Origin: the human T2T-CHM13v2.0 reference genome, Homo sapiens
Assembly: GCF_009914755.1 (NCBI RefSeq)
Contig: NC_060935.1
Length of the DNA: 64,000 bases
Reading direction: 5' to 3' (one strand)
Shown here: positions 13,485-27,534 of the stretch, piece by piece
How the letters are laid out: every line of letters starts with the position of its first letter
Numbering within the stretch: position 1 is the first letter of the stretch
Position numbers and translations under genes: made by a program
Notes under the pieces: generated by a model
What the model was told of the DNA's origin: nothing
Database searches by the model: none
What the model saw: the letters and a program-made list of their open reading frames with translations, nothing else

Positions 13485-14454
13485 TGAAACCACCTTTGCA
13501 AAATTATGACTGAGACAGTGAAAGAGATCTAACTTAACCGACTCCATCTTGCTTCTAACCTCCAAGCTGTCCTTGTTTGTTCCTTGGCGTAGGCTGAACT
13601 AACTTTGGGAGAAATGTAGTTTATAGTTTAAAAAAAGATGGTAACAGCCCTTTCCCAAAGCAGACCTCCTTCTGGCCTGGGGACTAGATTACATTTGTGG
13701 GACTAACATTAGCCACAAGATTAGAAATTATGGTTTAGGAGTCATACAGCTGGAAGCTACAAGATTCTGACCCTCCCTGAATTGCTCCTAAGATCAGAGT
13801 TTGAGATGTTTTGCAGACCCTGCACTTGACAGATCAGCTGGCACCACTCAGATCAATAAACTGGCTCATCTGATCTTGTGGCCCCCACCCAGGAACTGAC
13901 TCAGCACAAGAAGACAGCTTCGACTCCCTATGATTTCATTCCTGACCAATCAGCACTCTTGGCTCACTGGCTTCCCCCTAAGTTATCCTTAAAAACTCTG
14001 CCCCCTTGGCCGGGCATGGTGGCTCATGCTTGTAACCCTAGCACTTTGGGAGGCCAAGGCAGGTGGATCACGAGGTCAGGAGATCGAGACCACAGTGAAA
14101 CCCCGTCTCTACTAAAAATACAAAAAATTAGCCGGGCGCAGTGGCGGGTGCCTATAGTCCCAGCTACTCAGGGGGCTGAGGCAGGAGAATGGCATGAACC
14201 CGGGAGGCAGAGCTTACAGTGAGCTGAGATCACGCCACTGCACTCCAGCCTGGGCAACAGAGCAAGACTCCGTCTCAAAAAAAAAAACCTCTGCCCCCTA
14301 AATGCTTGGGGAGACTGATTTGAGTAATGATAAAACTCTGGTCTCCTGCACACCTGGCTGTGTGTGAATTGCACTTTCTCTATTGCAATTCCCCTGTCTT
14401 GATGAATCAGCTCTGGCTAGGCAGCAGGCAAGGTGAACCCCTTGGGCAGTTACA
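13485..14454 (+). mobile_element. Solo ERV1 LTR, LTR8, containing an Alu
   Basis: TGAAACCACCTTTGCAAAATTATGACTGAGACAG...GGGCAGTTACA termini with a perfect 4-bp TSD ATTA (13481-84 / 14455-58). Confidence 0.88.
14008..14287 (+). mobile_element. AluY, Yd-lineage-like (12-bp left-arm deletion)
   Basis: gatcgagaccacagtgaaacc lacks the usual tcctggctaaca; gggcgcagtggcggg. TSD aaaactctgccccct / aaacctctgccccct. Confidence 0.85.
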
Positions 14455-15304
14455 ATTAGACACGAAAAAGAAATAAAAGACACTCAAAATGTAAAAGAAG
14501 AAGTAAAAAATATCTTTGCAGATGACATAATCTTATGTATACATAGAAAACCCTGAATACTCCACCAAAAATCTGTTAGAAGTAATAAACAAGTTCAGTA
14601 AAGTCGTGAAATAAAAACATGTGTTGGTAAAAAAAAGTGTTGGTGAAATAAAAGCATGTCTAATGACCAAATTCAAACTCTCCATTCCCCAAACTATACC
14701 TTTTTCTATAATATTTATTTCAGAAAATTATTCTAAGACAAAAACCTTGCCTCTTTCCATCCCTAATCTCTATTTTCAGTGAGTGCTTCAAGTTTTTGCT
14801 ATATGGGCCAAAAAGATCTGGCCAGAGAAGAGGCAAAGAGAGGAAAAAAGGAAGAAGGAAAAAAGGAAAGACAGGAGGAAAAAGAGAGGCGGAAAAATAG
14901 AGGAATTACGGCAGTACATACACCACAATGTTAACAGTGGTTATCTCTGGTTGAAGAGATTATGAGTCATCTTCATATTTTTCTTTATACACCTTTCTGT
15001 ATTTTGGAGATTGTCCTTAAAAACTGTGCTTCCTTTTTCATGAGAGAGAGAAAAAAAGTTGTTTTGAAAATGTCTTTAATGATATTCTGAAAGAACTCTA
15101 AGCCCTTCATTATGTGGTTCATACACCTCCTGCCACACCCCATACCCTTGTATCTTTTCATATCTGTACCTCTGCACAAGCAGCTATCTCTTCCTAGAAC
15201 ATTATCCCCATTTACCTGCACCTGGCTAATTCCTATTCATCCTTCAAAACTACACGTGTACCACTTCCTCCATAAAATCTTCTTGTACCACAAACCTCAT
15301 TACA

Positions 15305-15593
15305 GGTTCATGCCTCTAATCCCAGCACTTTGGGAGGCCAAGATGGGCAGATCACTTGAGGCCAGGAGTTCGAGACACGCCTGGCCAACATGGTGAAACC
15401 CCATCTCTACTAAAAATACAAAAATTAGCTAGGCTTGGTGGCACACGCCTGTAATCCCAGCTACTCAGGAGTAAGGCAGGAGAATTGCTTGAGCCTGGGA
15501 GACAGAGTTTGCAGTGAGCCTAAATTGCACCATTGCACTCCAGCCTGGGCAACAAAGCAAGACTCTGTCTCAAAAAAAAAAAAAAAAAAAAAA
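15305..15593 (+). mobile_element. AluS, slightly 5'-truncated
   Basis: Alu dimer with A tail. Confidence 0.88.
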
Positions 15594-15879
15594 TAGGTCA
15601 TAAGAAAATAGCAGTTTTCAATCGTTTTTTTCTGGCTGCCACAAACATGGACACACCCAAAGTTATGCATTCTTCCCACAACAAGCTAAATAACTCTACT
15701 CCTAATAGGGTATGAAGCCTCACAGTGTTTGCCAGTTATACTGCCTCTTCTTTAAAAGCAAGCCAAAGCAGTCTAATTTACAAAGCCAAGAATGACAAGA
15801 GAAACCAATTTTAATTTCCTAACCACAAATGATTAGCACAGGAATGACTAGCTGAAGCCTGCACTGTTAAGAACTCTCC

Positions 15880-16660
15880 ATATTGGATAATATGGGAGAG
15901 ACGGCTGGCTGTTCACCAGTATCCATTTTCCATATTATATATGGCAATATGCCTAACTCAAACAAATACACACTAAATTTCTCTGCCTCCTTTGTAGTCA
16001 GACATGGTTACACATCAGTTCTGGCCAAAGAGATACCAGTAGGAGTGATTGGTACACTTTCAGGAAAATTCTTTTTAAAAGGAGGAAGAGGGTGGGCGTG
16101 GTGGCTCACGCCAGTAATCCCAACAAGGATTGCTTGAGGCTAAGAGCTCAAGACCAGCCCAGGCAACATAGCAAGACCTCCTTCTCTACAAAAAAAAAAA
16201 ATAATAATTAAAAAATAAGGATTAGCCAGGCCTGGTGGCACATATCTCTAGTCCTAGCTACTCAGGAGGCTGAAGCAGCAAGAGTGCTTGAGCCCAAAAG
16301 TGCAAGCCTGTGGTGTCCTGTGATTGCACCACTACATTCTTGGCTGGGCAACACAGTGAGACCCTGTCTAAAAAATAAATAAATAAAAATAGTAGGAAGA
16401 CTCGGTTGCATTTTTAGCACTGTTCCCCTTTCCTCTTCCTTCTGTGTAGGACGAGAACATGAAGATAAGAGTGATATCCTATATAGGAAGGAATAGAAAG
16501 CTGGACAGAGCATGAGTCTTTGACAACATCACAAAGTTACTGTTAACAGCCCCAAATCACCTACCTTGTCTTTTTTTTTTTTTTTCCAACAGGGCAGAAA
16601 AATACATCCCTACCTCATTTATTCCATTATAGTTTGAGCATTCTGTTACAGGCATTTAGT
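15880..16660 (+). mobile_element. MLT1 (MaLR) LTR interrupted by an AluJ
   Basis: cctcctttgtagtcagacatgg...gttctggccaaagagat...actttcaggaaa; 3' part ends ttctgttacaggc. Confidence 0.5.
16091..16390 (+). mobile_element. AluJ with a left-arm deletion
   Basis: gtggctcacgccagtaatccc...ggcaacatagcaagacc...(taaa)n tail. Confidence 0.8.
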
Positions 16661-17869
16661 TGAATATAAGCCTCAGTGGAGGCTGAGGATAACTAGTGGA
16701 ACTAACCGAAATCTCTATCCTTGGGGCAAAGGAGTAATATAATTGAGAATGACAAATATAACCAAGAGTGAAAAGACAAACTCTAATGCTGAGCACCCAA
16801 AGAGTTTCTGTTATGTCTTTGAAATAAGAACGCAGGGTTTCATGTTGTCTGAGCTTCATTGCAGGCCAGAGCAGCAACTAAAATAGCATTGGTTTCTCTT
16901 CCATTTAAAAAGATATCAGAATGCAGATAAGTGAGAATAACCTTATCTTACAGATACCCTTAAATGCACTCTTTTAAAAATTTTTAATAAAACAGTCACA
17001 AGTTTTGGCAGTCAAATTATCAGAACCAAATTACCAGTACTCCGTCACCCTCCGTATTCTAGCATCCTTATCTGGCATGCAGTTAAACAGACAGGCTCTA
17101 TTTAAAACATTGAATGAACAGAAATGGATATGCATAATTTATTTAAATAGTGATAGATGGAAGGAAATCAAAGAGAAGAAACATCCAAAACTATATGACC
17201 TTTACAGATCCAAGAATAACTAGGAACAGTTCTGTTTATATGTGGGGCTTCCTCCAGTCTGACAGCATTCCTCAGACTGTCCCTTTCATCTGGAAATTTC
17301 CCAAAAAACCCAGCTTTTTCAGCTGAGTCTTTAGACTAGTTTTAGCTCCTCTAAGCATGCAAATTGCTTCCTATATGTTTCATGAAAATATCAGGGAATG
17401 TATGAGGGTCGAAGACAGCATAAAACATGAAGTCCAAAGGACTAGATAAATTCACTGAGGGACAAAGCTAATGTCATTAAGTGAGGTCTAGTAGGAGAAA
17501 AATAAAAGCTGAAATCACAACTCTGAACTTAAGCTAAACACAGTGTCCAGATGAGAATGACAGAAAGTGGGCAATAAACATTTTCAATATGGTTCTTTAA
17601 AATTCAAAAAGAATTGTAATTACAGCAAAAAAAAATTTTCAAAGACTCTCTCACATCCCTAAAATACACAATAATGACAAGATTTAATAATTAAAATTGC
17701 ACAACTAATTTTCCACACCTTGGATCTACAAGTTTCAGAGGGCAAAGGTGGCCAAGTAAGGAAAGAAAATGAAGTCTCCTAGAACTGCTCCTAATGAAAG
17801 AAATCCTTTTGATAACATTAGGTTTTATACTGAAACCACAGCATTATTTTTGAAAACATACCCTAATAA

Positions 17870-18310
17870 TGACAATAAGAGTAGCAACAGATTTTACTTT
17901 TATGCTTACTATATACCAGGAACCATTTTAAGCACTTGATGTGTATTAAGTAATTTGATCCATATATCTCTCCCTTCCAGACATATACCAAACACAAATT
18001 GGATAAGCAACACTTTAAAGTAAACTAAAAGAAATCAATCACATTTCCTATTCAAATGAAATGCAGAGCCTTTAAGATTTTAGTACTGGAAACATTTAAT
18101 AGATACATAAGGATCAAATGACTTAATATACATAGAGTGCTTAAAATGGTTCCTGGTATATAGTATATGAAGTTTATCCCCATTAGACTGATAAAAAGAG
18201 GTATAGAGCCTTTAAATAATTTGCCCAAGGTCACAGTGTTACCAAGTGGAGAAGCCAGAACTAAAACTCAACAAGACTGTTCTAGAGTCCATGATATTGA
18301 CCACTGTACC
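17870..18310 (-). mobile_element. MIR disrupted by a complex insertion
   Basis: MIR reverse 3' part 17870-17965; core aatttgcccaaggtcacag at ~18220-18240. Confidence 0.65.
17907..18165. repeat. 55-bp inverted repeat (17907-17961 / 18111-18165)
   Basis: tactatataccaggaaccattttaagcact...atttgatcc versus ggatcaaat...agtgcttaaaatggttcctggtatatagta. Confidence 0.92.
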
Positions 18311-18881
18311 AAATTACTTTGTAAGTGTTATACCTTAAGTTCATTTAGAGAGTCAAGCTGGACAAAGCTGAAATTATTTCTGGCTTCTCACTACTCTATC
18401 AAGGTAGTGCTTCTCTCCCAGTTATCCAAATTTGAATCAGTGAGATAACTTTTGGTGCCTCAGTGCATTCCATATTCAATTAGTCATCCAACCAAACCCT
18501 GTCAATTAAATACTCCATTCCCACTCATATTGTCACCATCTTGGATATTCCACAGTCAAAAACTGCATCAGCTTTTCTATAAGCTAATAGCTCATGCCAG
18601 CCTTATTAATAAAACATCTAGGTCTTTTTCACATGAACTGCAGGTCTTACATCATAATTTTGTAGGACATAATTATAATAAAATATTTTACATTTCCTCA
18701 AAAAAATTCACTTTATTAATTTCAGTCCATTATTCCAGCCTATATATTAACTCTTCCTTCCAGATATATACCAAACACAAATTGGATAGGCAAAACTTTA
18801 AACTAAAAGAAATCAATCACATTTCCTATTCAAAAGAAACACACAGCCTTTAAGATTTTAGCACTGGAAATATTTAATAGA
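17968..18881 (+). repeat. ~130-bp direct duplication (17968-18103 and 18751-18881)
   Basis: Both copies read ccttccaga(c/t)atataccaaacacaaattggata...aactaaaagaaatcaatcacatttcctattcaaa...agcctttaagattttag(t/c)actggaaa(c/t)atttaataga. Confidence 0.95.
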
Positions 18882-21066
18882 ATCGATAGTCAAAGACAGT
18901 AGCTGAATCAAGTGACCTTTTAACACATAAGTTACACTTTGGAGTGGGGCGCTCTTAGTTCAGTTACCAAAATCCTAATTTATATAACTGTTACGGGAGC
19001 ACGGTGCTTCCTTTAATCTATCTTGGTTCCACTGAGTATCACTGAGACAGTTTGAAGACTAAAAAGACTACCAAATGGAAACAACCAAACAGCTAAAAAC
19101 AGTCCACAGCATACAATAAATCACAGTGCTCTCCAACCTTTTTCACTTCATGCAACATAGAGGATGTTATCTATACACCCATACCACAGCTAATCACAAG
19201 ACTGCTCACAGTCAGAGATCTCAATATCTCAACACACTTAGGGCTAAGCCAAGTGCCTCAGGGCATCTCTTAGCAAGTTTCACACTAAACTACCACAATT
19301 TATTTGCTCTCAGCATTAATAAATCCTCATCTATTCCAAACCAGATAGTCATCCAAAACCTTGGAACAACTCTGAAGGTCCCTCATATGGATTCCTTGCT
19401 TCCCAGCTCCCTTTACAACTGGATGTGAAAGGTGCTGTCTTCTGTACTTTCTCTTGAGAGGCAGAAAGAAATAAACAATGGCTAATTCTGACCTATACCT
19501 CGGGCCCTCCTATTTTCTATTTTTAATCTGGAGAAATACCTATTCTAGCAGCTTGGGTAACTTACTATATAAATGATTTTGGTCTTTAGGTGAGCTCTTG
19601 CCTCCACAGACAAGGGACAGCTACCTGATCCAAAGCGCTAAGGTGATGTGAGATTGTAAGATATAATGCATTGCTATTGGTATTTGAAGCTTGCCACAGA
19701 TATTAATCCAGTGTGATATGGATTAGATCAACTTTACATTATCCAATGCCTTGCCCATGCTTTCATGCCCTAATAGCAATACAGCTAACATCCCTAAAAA
19801 TGACTGCCAGAATAATAGCAAGAGCTCATGGCCCCATTAGCAATAGTTGGCACTAGTTTCCAGTTTCCAATATGATCTGTTGCAAAATTAGCCAAAAATG
19901 ATGTCCAAAGATTTGCCGAAGTTGAATTTCTTTTTGAAATGCAGAGGACAACTTCATTAAGATTCTACTAGTACACTGTAGCATTGTACACTGTACCAGC
20001 ACTAAACAGAACCAAATCTCCATCCCAGTCACTTCAACTAGATAGTATCTAAAATCTCACCCTTAGTATAATGTACTTAAATGAGATGGAAATACTCCAC
20101 ATTCTGCCCTGCCTAAGTTCTAGAAATTTTTATTAGGTTAAGGGTTCTATATTTATAACTTAATGACACATCCATACATATTAGGACCTTCAACTCTTGA
20201 AAAAGGAATTTGAATATGTATGTATTTTAATACAAATTTAGCAAATAGGCTTCTGAGAAGAAAAAGATCTCACAGTATTTTCAATTATAGTAACTGTACT
20301 TTTAGCATATGTCAAGTTAATGGTCCTATAAACTCACAGAAAAGAATAAGACTCTTAAAGATAATATGTATCAATGAAGGCGAGTATACATACAAGAGGA
20401 AGTTCACAATCACTTTAAAAACCATACAATACCGAGTCCATAAGGGCATTGCCACATTGGTTTTATTTACCACTATATTCCCAGCACCCAATACCTTGAC
20501 TAGCACATAATAGGCACTAAGAAAATACATAAGGCTGAATGAATCATAGCAAATATTTAATATAAACTAAAATTAGATGATCACTTGACAAGGGTATTGT
20601 ATACAAACTTATTTAATCAGTAAAAGGAAGGTTAGAATTTGACCAGGAAATCTTTAAGGTGCTTTCCAAACCTCAAGACTTCATAACATTTTCATCACTA
20701 TGCCAGTGAAAGTATTAAATGAAGGTCATACTCTATTATAGAAAGGACTACTAGAAACATGTCTATCAATAACCACAGGATGCATTATAATCTACCAGTC
20801 AGCCTTTTTATACAAATAACTGTCAAGCGGGGGTGGGCAGGGGAAGGGACCACAAGAGAAACCATAAAACATTAGTAATCTTAAAGGATAAATTAATCTT
20901 GTTTATATACTTCTATATTTATACACAAAAAAATGTTAATCTAAAAATGACTAGGTCTATGAATTGTGTTAAAAGAACAAATCCAAAAATGATGTATTAA
21001 TAATTAGGGGGAAAATCCCTGGTATCGAAAGTAATAGAATTATTTTTTCCTTAAAAGCTGCAAATT

Positions 21067-21346
21067 AGCTGGGCATGGTGGCTCATTCCTGTAATCCTAG
21101 CACTTTGGGAGACCGAGGTGGGGAGACCACTTGAGGCCAGCAGTTCAAGACCAGCTTGGCCAACATCACAAAACCCATCTCTACTAAAAATACAAAAATA
21201 AGCCAGGTATAGTGGCGCATGCCTGTAGTCCCAGCCACTCAGGAGACTGAGGCGGGAGAATCACTTGAGCCCGGGAGTCAGAGGTTGCAGTGAGCCGAGA
21301 TCATGCCACTGTACTCCAGCCTGGGCAACAGAGCAAGACTCTGTCT

Positions 21347-21380
<34 letters not shown>
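21067..21380 (+). mobile_element. Alu (old S/J) whose tail has become a CA repeat
   Basis: Full dimer; degenerate TSD aaaagctgcaaatt / aaaggctactaatt. Confidence 0.9.
21348..21377 (+). repeat. (CA)15 microsatellite
   Basis: Perfect dinucleotide run. Confidence 0.95.
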
Positions 21381-21383
<3 letters not shown>

Positions 21384-21709
21384 CTACTAATTGAAAAGTT
21401 CAGTACCAGTTAAGCAACTGCTCAGTTACAGAATTAGTTTAGAAATACACAGGATTTTTATACTTGTACTTAATGATAAGCTGCAAATATCTGACTATAT
21501 TTCCCTACTCTTTTCTCTGTCCTTCTATAAAATACAAATATTTTTGAAATTTTTGAATTATATACAAATAGGTCACACATTAAATAATGGTTAATTTAAC
21601 GCAAGAAACTAATGTCCACCGTTAATGAACTTCACATAACTTCCCATAATATACTTCACATTAAAGATATTTTCTTCAGTAATTTGTTAAGATTAAAAGT
21701 CTAGTTACA

Positions 21710-21985
21710 GGCCAGGCGTGGTGGCTCACGTCTGTAATCCCAGGAATTCTAGACCAGCCTCAGTAACATACTGAACCCTGGTCTCTACAAAAATAAAAAT
21801 TAAAAAATTAGCTGGGCAAGGTGGCTCATGCCTATAGGCCCAACAACTTGGAAGGCTGAGGTGGGAGGATCACTTGAGCTCAGGAGGTCCAGGTTGCAGT
21901 GAGCCCTGACCACAGACTGTACTCCAGCCTGGGCAACAGAGCAACACTGTGTCTTCTAAATGAATAAATAAATAAATAAATAAAA
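21710..21985 (+). mobile_element. AluJ with a left-arm deletion and (TAAA)n tail
   Basis: TSD-like taaaagtctagttaca / taaaatctagttgca. Confidence 0.85.
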
Positions 21986-22065
21986 TCTAGTTGCAATTTG
22001 CTTGGTAATACAGGAAATATGAAAAATGCTAAAAGCTATTTTACCTAGATCATTTGCTTTTCTTA

Positions 22066-22467
<402 letters not shown>

Positions 22468-22499
22468 TTACAGTACTTATCAATTATCACATACTACAT

Positions 22500-22655
22500 A
22501 ATTTACTAACATTATGGTTAGTACTGGTCTCTCTCCACTAGAAATTTAAGTTCTGAGAAGACAGCTTTTATCTGGTTTACAGCTATATCTTCAACCCTGA
22601 TCTCAGTTCCTGGCACATAATAAGTACCAAATAGATATCTGTTAAATGAATAGAC
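22500..22655 (+). mobile_element. L2 3' end
   Basis: ctctccactagaa...cctggcacataataagtacc...tctgttaaatgaat. Confidence 0.55.
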
Positions 22656-25600
22656 TAGAATCTATCATTGCTAAATATTCAAAAAGGCTATAAATTTTAA
22701 AGTAATATTCTGCATAAATGAGCAACGACCAAAAAAGGTTGTTTTTCTCTAAGTACCTGCAAGCCAGCTGTTGGTGATCTTTAACTAACTTATTAGTTTC
22801 TAGACTCCACCCTTACCCCTGTTTCATGTTCAAGAACCAATTCTTCCCTTTTACTAATATCAGCATCACATGGTCATTCTACTCAAATTTGTCACTGTCA
22901 CCAATAGGAAACAGGCTGCTATGCGAGATGAAATTACAGATAATACCCAGGTAGAACAATATTAATCCAGGTAAATATTTATATGAATTTGAAATGTACC
23001 TTCCGGAAATTTTAAAGAGGCCAGAATCAGTCTAAAAGAATCTGTAGTTAATAGAATGAGTGGAAGATATTATTTATGAGCAGGTGGCTTTCCTGTGCTG
23101 CTTCTCAACTAAGGACATGTCTCTTCTTCTGCTTCTTTGGCTTGTCAGAAAGTAAAATATTTAAAACAACGCAGGGTTCCACCTCATCTTTTTATCAAAG
23201 CTCAGAAGTCTCAGGAAAAACAGTTATACTGCATAAGGAAAAAGAAAGTGAACTTCAAGCAATGGAAACCACAATAAATTAACCAATTGAGCACATTTTT
23301 CACACAAGTTTTAAAGCAGTTTAATACTCTTTCCAAAGTAAGTACATAATATTGTACTGTTTTTCTTTCTTTTGAAGAGCATTTAATTGGAGAAAAATAC
23401 TGAAGCTGTTAGTACTCTCAATGAAATCTTTTTTGAATTTTTAATTTTTATGGGTACACAGGTATATACATTTATCAGGTACATGAAATATTCTGATATG
23501 CATATAATGCATAATAATCAGTAAATGGGGTATCCATCACCTCAAGCATTTATCCTTTGTGTTACAAAAATGCAATTATACTCCTTTAGCTATTTTTAAA
23601 TGTACAAAAATTATTGTTGACTGTAGTCACCCTGTTGTGCTATAAAACACTAAATCTTATTCATTCTACCCAACTATATTTTTGTGCCCATTAATCTTCT
23701 CCATTACCTCCTCTCCCCCGCCACACTACCCTTCCCAGCATCTGGTAACCATCCTTCTTCTCTCTCTCTCTATGAGATCAATTGTTTTAATTTTTAACTC
23801 CCACAAATAAGTGAGAATGTGCAAAGTTTGTCTTTCTGTGCCTAGCTTATTTCATTCAACATGACTTCCAGTTTCATGTTGTTGCAAATGACAGAATCTC
23901 GTTCTTCTTATGGTCAAAGAATACTCCATTGTGTATATTGTCACATTTTCTTTATCCGTTTGTCTGTTGATGGACACTTAGGTTGCTTCCAAATCTTGGC
24001 CATTGTGAATAGTGTTGCAGTAAACATGGGAGTGCAGATTATCTCTTCGATAAACTGATTTCCTTTCTTTTGGGTATATGCCTAGCAGTGGAATTGCTAG
24101 ATCATATGGTAGCTCTATTTTCAGTTTTTTGAGGAACTTCCAAACTCTTCTCCATAGTGGCTTTAGCAATTTACATTCCCACTAACACTGTGTGAGGGTT
24201 CTCTTTTCTCCACATCCTTGCCAGCATTTGTTGTTACCTGTCTTTTGGATATAAGCCATTTTAACTGGGGTGAGATGGTATCTCGTTGTAGTTTTGATCT
24301 GCATTTCTCTGATGATCAGTGATGCTGAGCACCTTTTCATATAACTGTTTGCCATTCATATGTCTTCCTTTGAGAAATGTCTATTCAGATCTTTTGCCCA
24401 GCTTTTAATCAGATTATTAGATTTTTTTTCACTACACAGTTGTTTGAGCTCCTTATATATTCTGTGGGTTGTCTCTTCACTTTGTTGATTGTTTCCTTTG
24501 CTGTACAGAAGCTTTTTAAGTTAATGTGATCCTATTTGTCCATTTCTGCTTTGGTTGTCTGTGCTTATGGGGTATTACTCGAAGTCTTTGCCCAGTTCAG
24601 TGCCCTAGAGTTTCTCCCATGTTTTCATGTAGTAATGTCATAGCTTGAAGTCTTACATTTAAGTCTTTAATCAATTTTGATGTGATTTTTTTTATGGCGA
24701 GAAAGAGGGGTCTAGTTTCTTTCCTCTGCTATGGACATCCAGTTTCTTCAGCACCATTTACTGAAGAGACTGTCTTTTCTCCAGTGTATGTTCTTGGCAC
24801 CTTTTTCAGAAATGAGTTCCCTGTAGATATACAGATTTGTCTCTGGATTCTCTATTCTGTTCCATTGGTTTGTGTGTCTGGTTTCATGCCAGTAACATGC
24901 TATTTTGGTTACTATAGCTCTGTAGTTTAATTTGAAGTCAGATAATGTAATTCTTCCAGTTTTTTTAATTTTATTTTTATTTTTATTTTTTTGCTCAGGA
25001 TAGCTTTGGCTATTCTGGGTCTTTTTTTGCCTCCATATAAACTTTAGAACTGTTTATTCTATTTCTGTAAAGAATGTTATTGATATTTTGACAAGGACTG
25101 CACTGAATCTATAGATTGCTTTAGGTAGTATAAACATTTTAACAATACTGATTCTTCCAATCCATGAACATGGAATATCTTTCCTTTTTTTGTGTGTCCT
25201 CCTCAGTTTTTTTTTCATCAGTGATTTATAATTTTCATTGTAGAGATCTTTCACTTCTTTGGTTAATTCCTTGGTATTTTATCTGTAGCTACTGTAAATG
25301 AGATTACTTTCTTGATTTTTTTCAGATAGTTCACTGTTGGCATATAGAAATGCTAATGATTTTTGTATGCTAACTTTGTATCCTGCAGATTTATTCAATT
25401 TGTTCATCAGTTTTAATAGTTTTTTGGTGAAGTGTTTACATTTTTCCAGATATAAGATCCATCATCTGCAAAGAAGGATAATTTGACTCCCTCCTTTCCA
25501 ATTTGGATGCCCTAGACTTCCTTCTCTTATCTGGTTGCCCTAGCTAGAACTTCCAGTACTATGTTGAATAACAGTGGTGAAAGTGGGCATCCTTGTCACC

Positions 25601-26659
25601 TTCTAGATATTAGAGGAAAGGCTTTCAGTTTTCCCCCCATTCATAATGATATTAGCTGTGAATCTGTTGTATATAGCTTTTATTGTGTTAAGGTATGTTC
25701 CTTCTATACCCAGTTTTTAAACAGTTTGTATCATAAAGGGATGTTGAATTTTATCAGATGCTTTTTCAGCATCAATTAAAATGATCACACGGTTTTTGTA
25801 CATTCTGTTGATAAAATGTATCACGTTGATTGGTGTGTGTGTCTTGAACCATCCTTGTATCCCTGGGATAAATCCTACTTGGTCATGATGAAGGATCTTT
25901 TAAACATTTTGTTAAATTTGGTTTGCTAAGATTTTATTGAGGATTTTTTGCATCAATGTTCATCAGGGAAATTGGCCTATGGTTTTCTTTTTTGCTGTGT
26001 CTTTGCCTGGTTTTGGCATCATAGTAATACTAGTCTCATAGAATAAGGTTTGGAAGTATTCCCTCCTCCTCAATTTTTTGGAATAGTTTGAGTCGAAATT
26101 GCATTAGTTCTTCTTTAAAAGCTTGATATTAATAGAATTCAGCAGTCAAGCCACTGGATCCTGGGCTTTCTTTTGCTGGGAGACTTTTTATTACGGCTTT
26201 GATCTTGTTACTTGTTATTGGTCTGTTCAGGTTTTGGATTTCTTCATTGTTCAATCTTGGTACGTTGTAAATCTCTGGGAATTTATCCATTTCTTCCAGG
26301 TTTTCCAATTTATTGACATATAGTTGGTCACAGTAGCCACTAATGGTCCTTTGAATATCTGCAGTATCAGTTGTAACGTCTTCTTTTTAATCTCTGGTTT
26401 TATTTATTTGGGTCTTTATTTTTTTCTTACTCAGGCTAAAGGTTTGTCAATTTTATCATTACAAAAAAACCAACTTTTTGTTTTGTTGATCTTTTGTATT
26501 GTTTTCTTAATTTCAATTTATTTCTGCTCCGATCTTTATTAGTTTCTTTTCTTCTCCTAATCTTGGGTTTGGTTTGCTCTTGCCTTTCTAGTTCTTTAAG
26601 ATGCATCATTAGGTTGTTTATGTGAAGTTTTTCTTCTTTTTTGATGTAGGCACTTATAG

Positions 26660-27355
<696 letters not shown>

Positions 27356-27534
27356 TTAATTTCCTTCTTAAACTCTTCATGGACCCACAGGTCATTCAGC
27401 AGCATATTGTTTAATTTCCATGTGTTTGTATAGTTTCCAAAATTCCTCTTTATTGATGTCTAGTTCTATTCTATTGTGGTCAGAGAAGATACTTGATATT
27501 ATTTCAATGTTTTCGAATTTTTAAAAACTTAGTC

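Larger units (their letters stand above)
12214..14620 (+). mobile_element. L1MA/L1M ORF2 fragment interrupted by LTR8
   Basis: ORF 12525-12743 TYQTLWDAAKAVLRGKFI...; resumes after the LTR with tttgcagatgacataatc. Confidence 0.8.

Noticed and set aside
23000-23031. Possible 32-nt minus-strand microexon (ttttag|...gaag|gtacat)
   Set aside because: Weak donor, short pyrimidine tract, frame-shifting length and no match to known SBF2 peptide.
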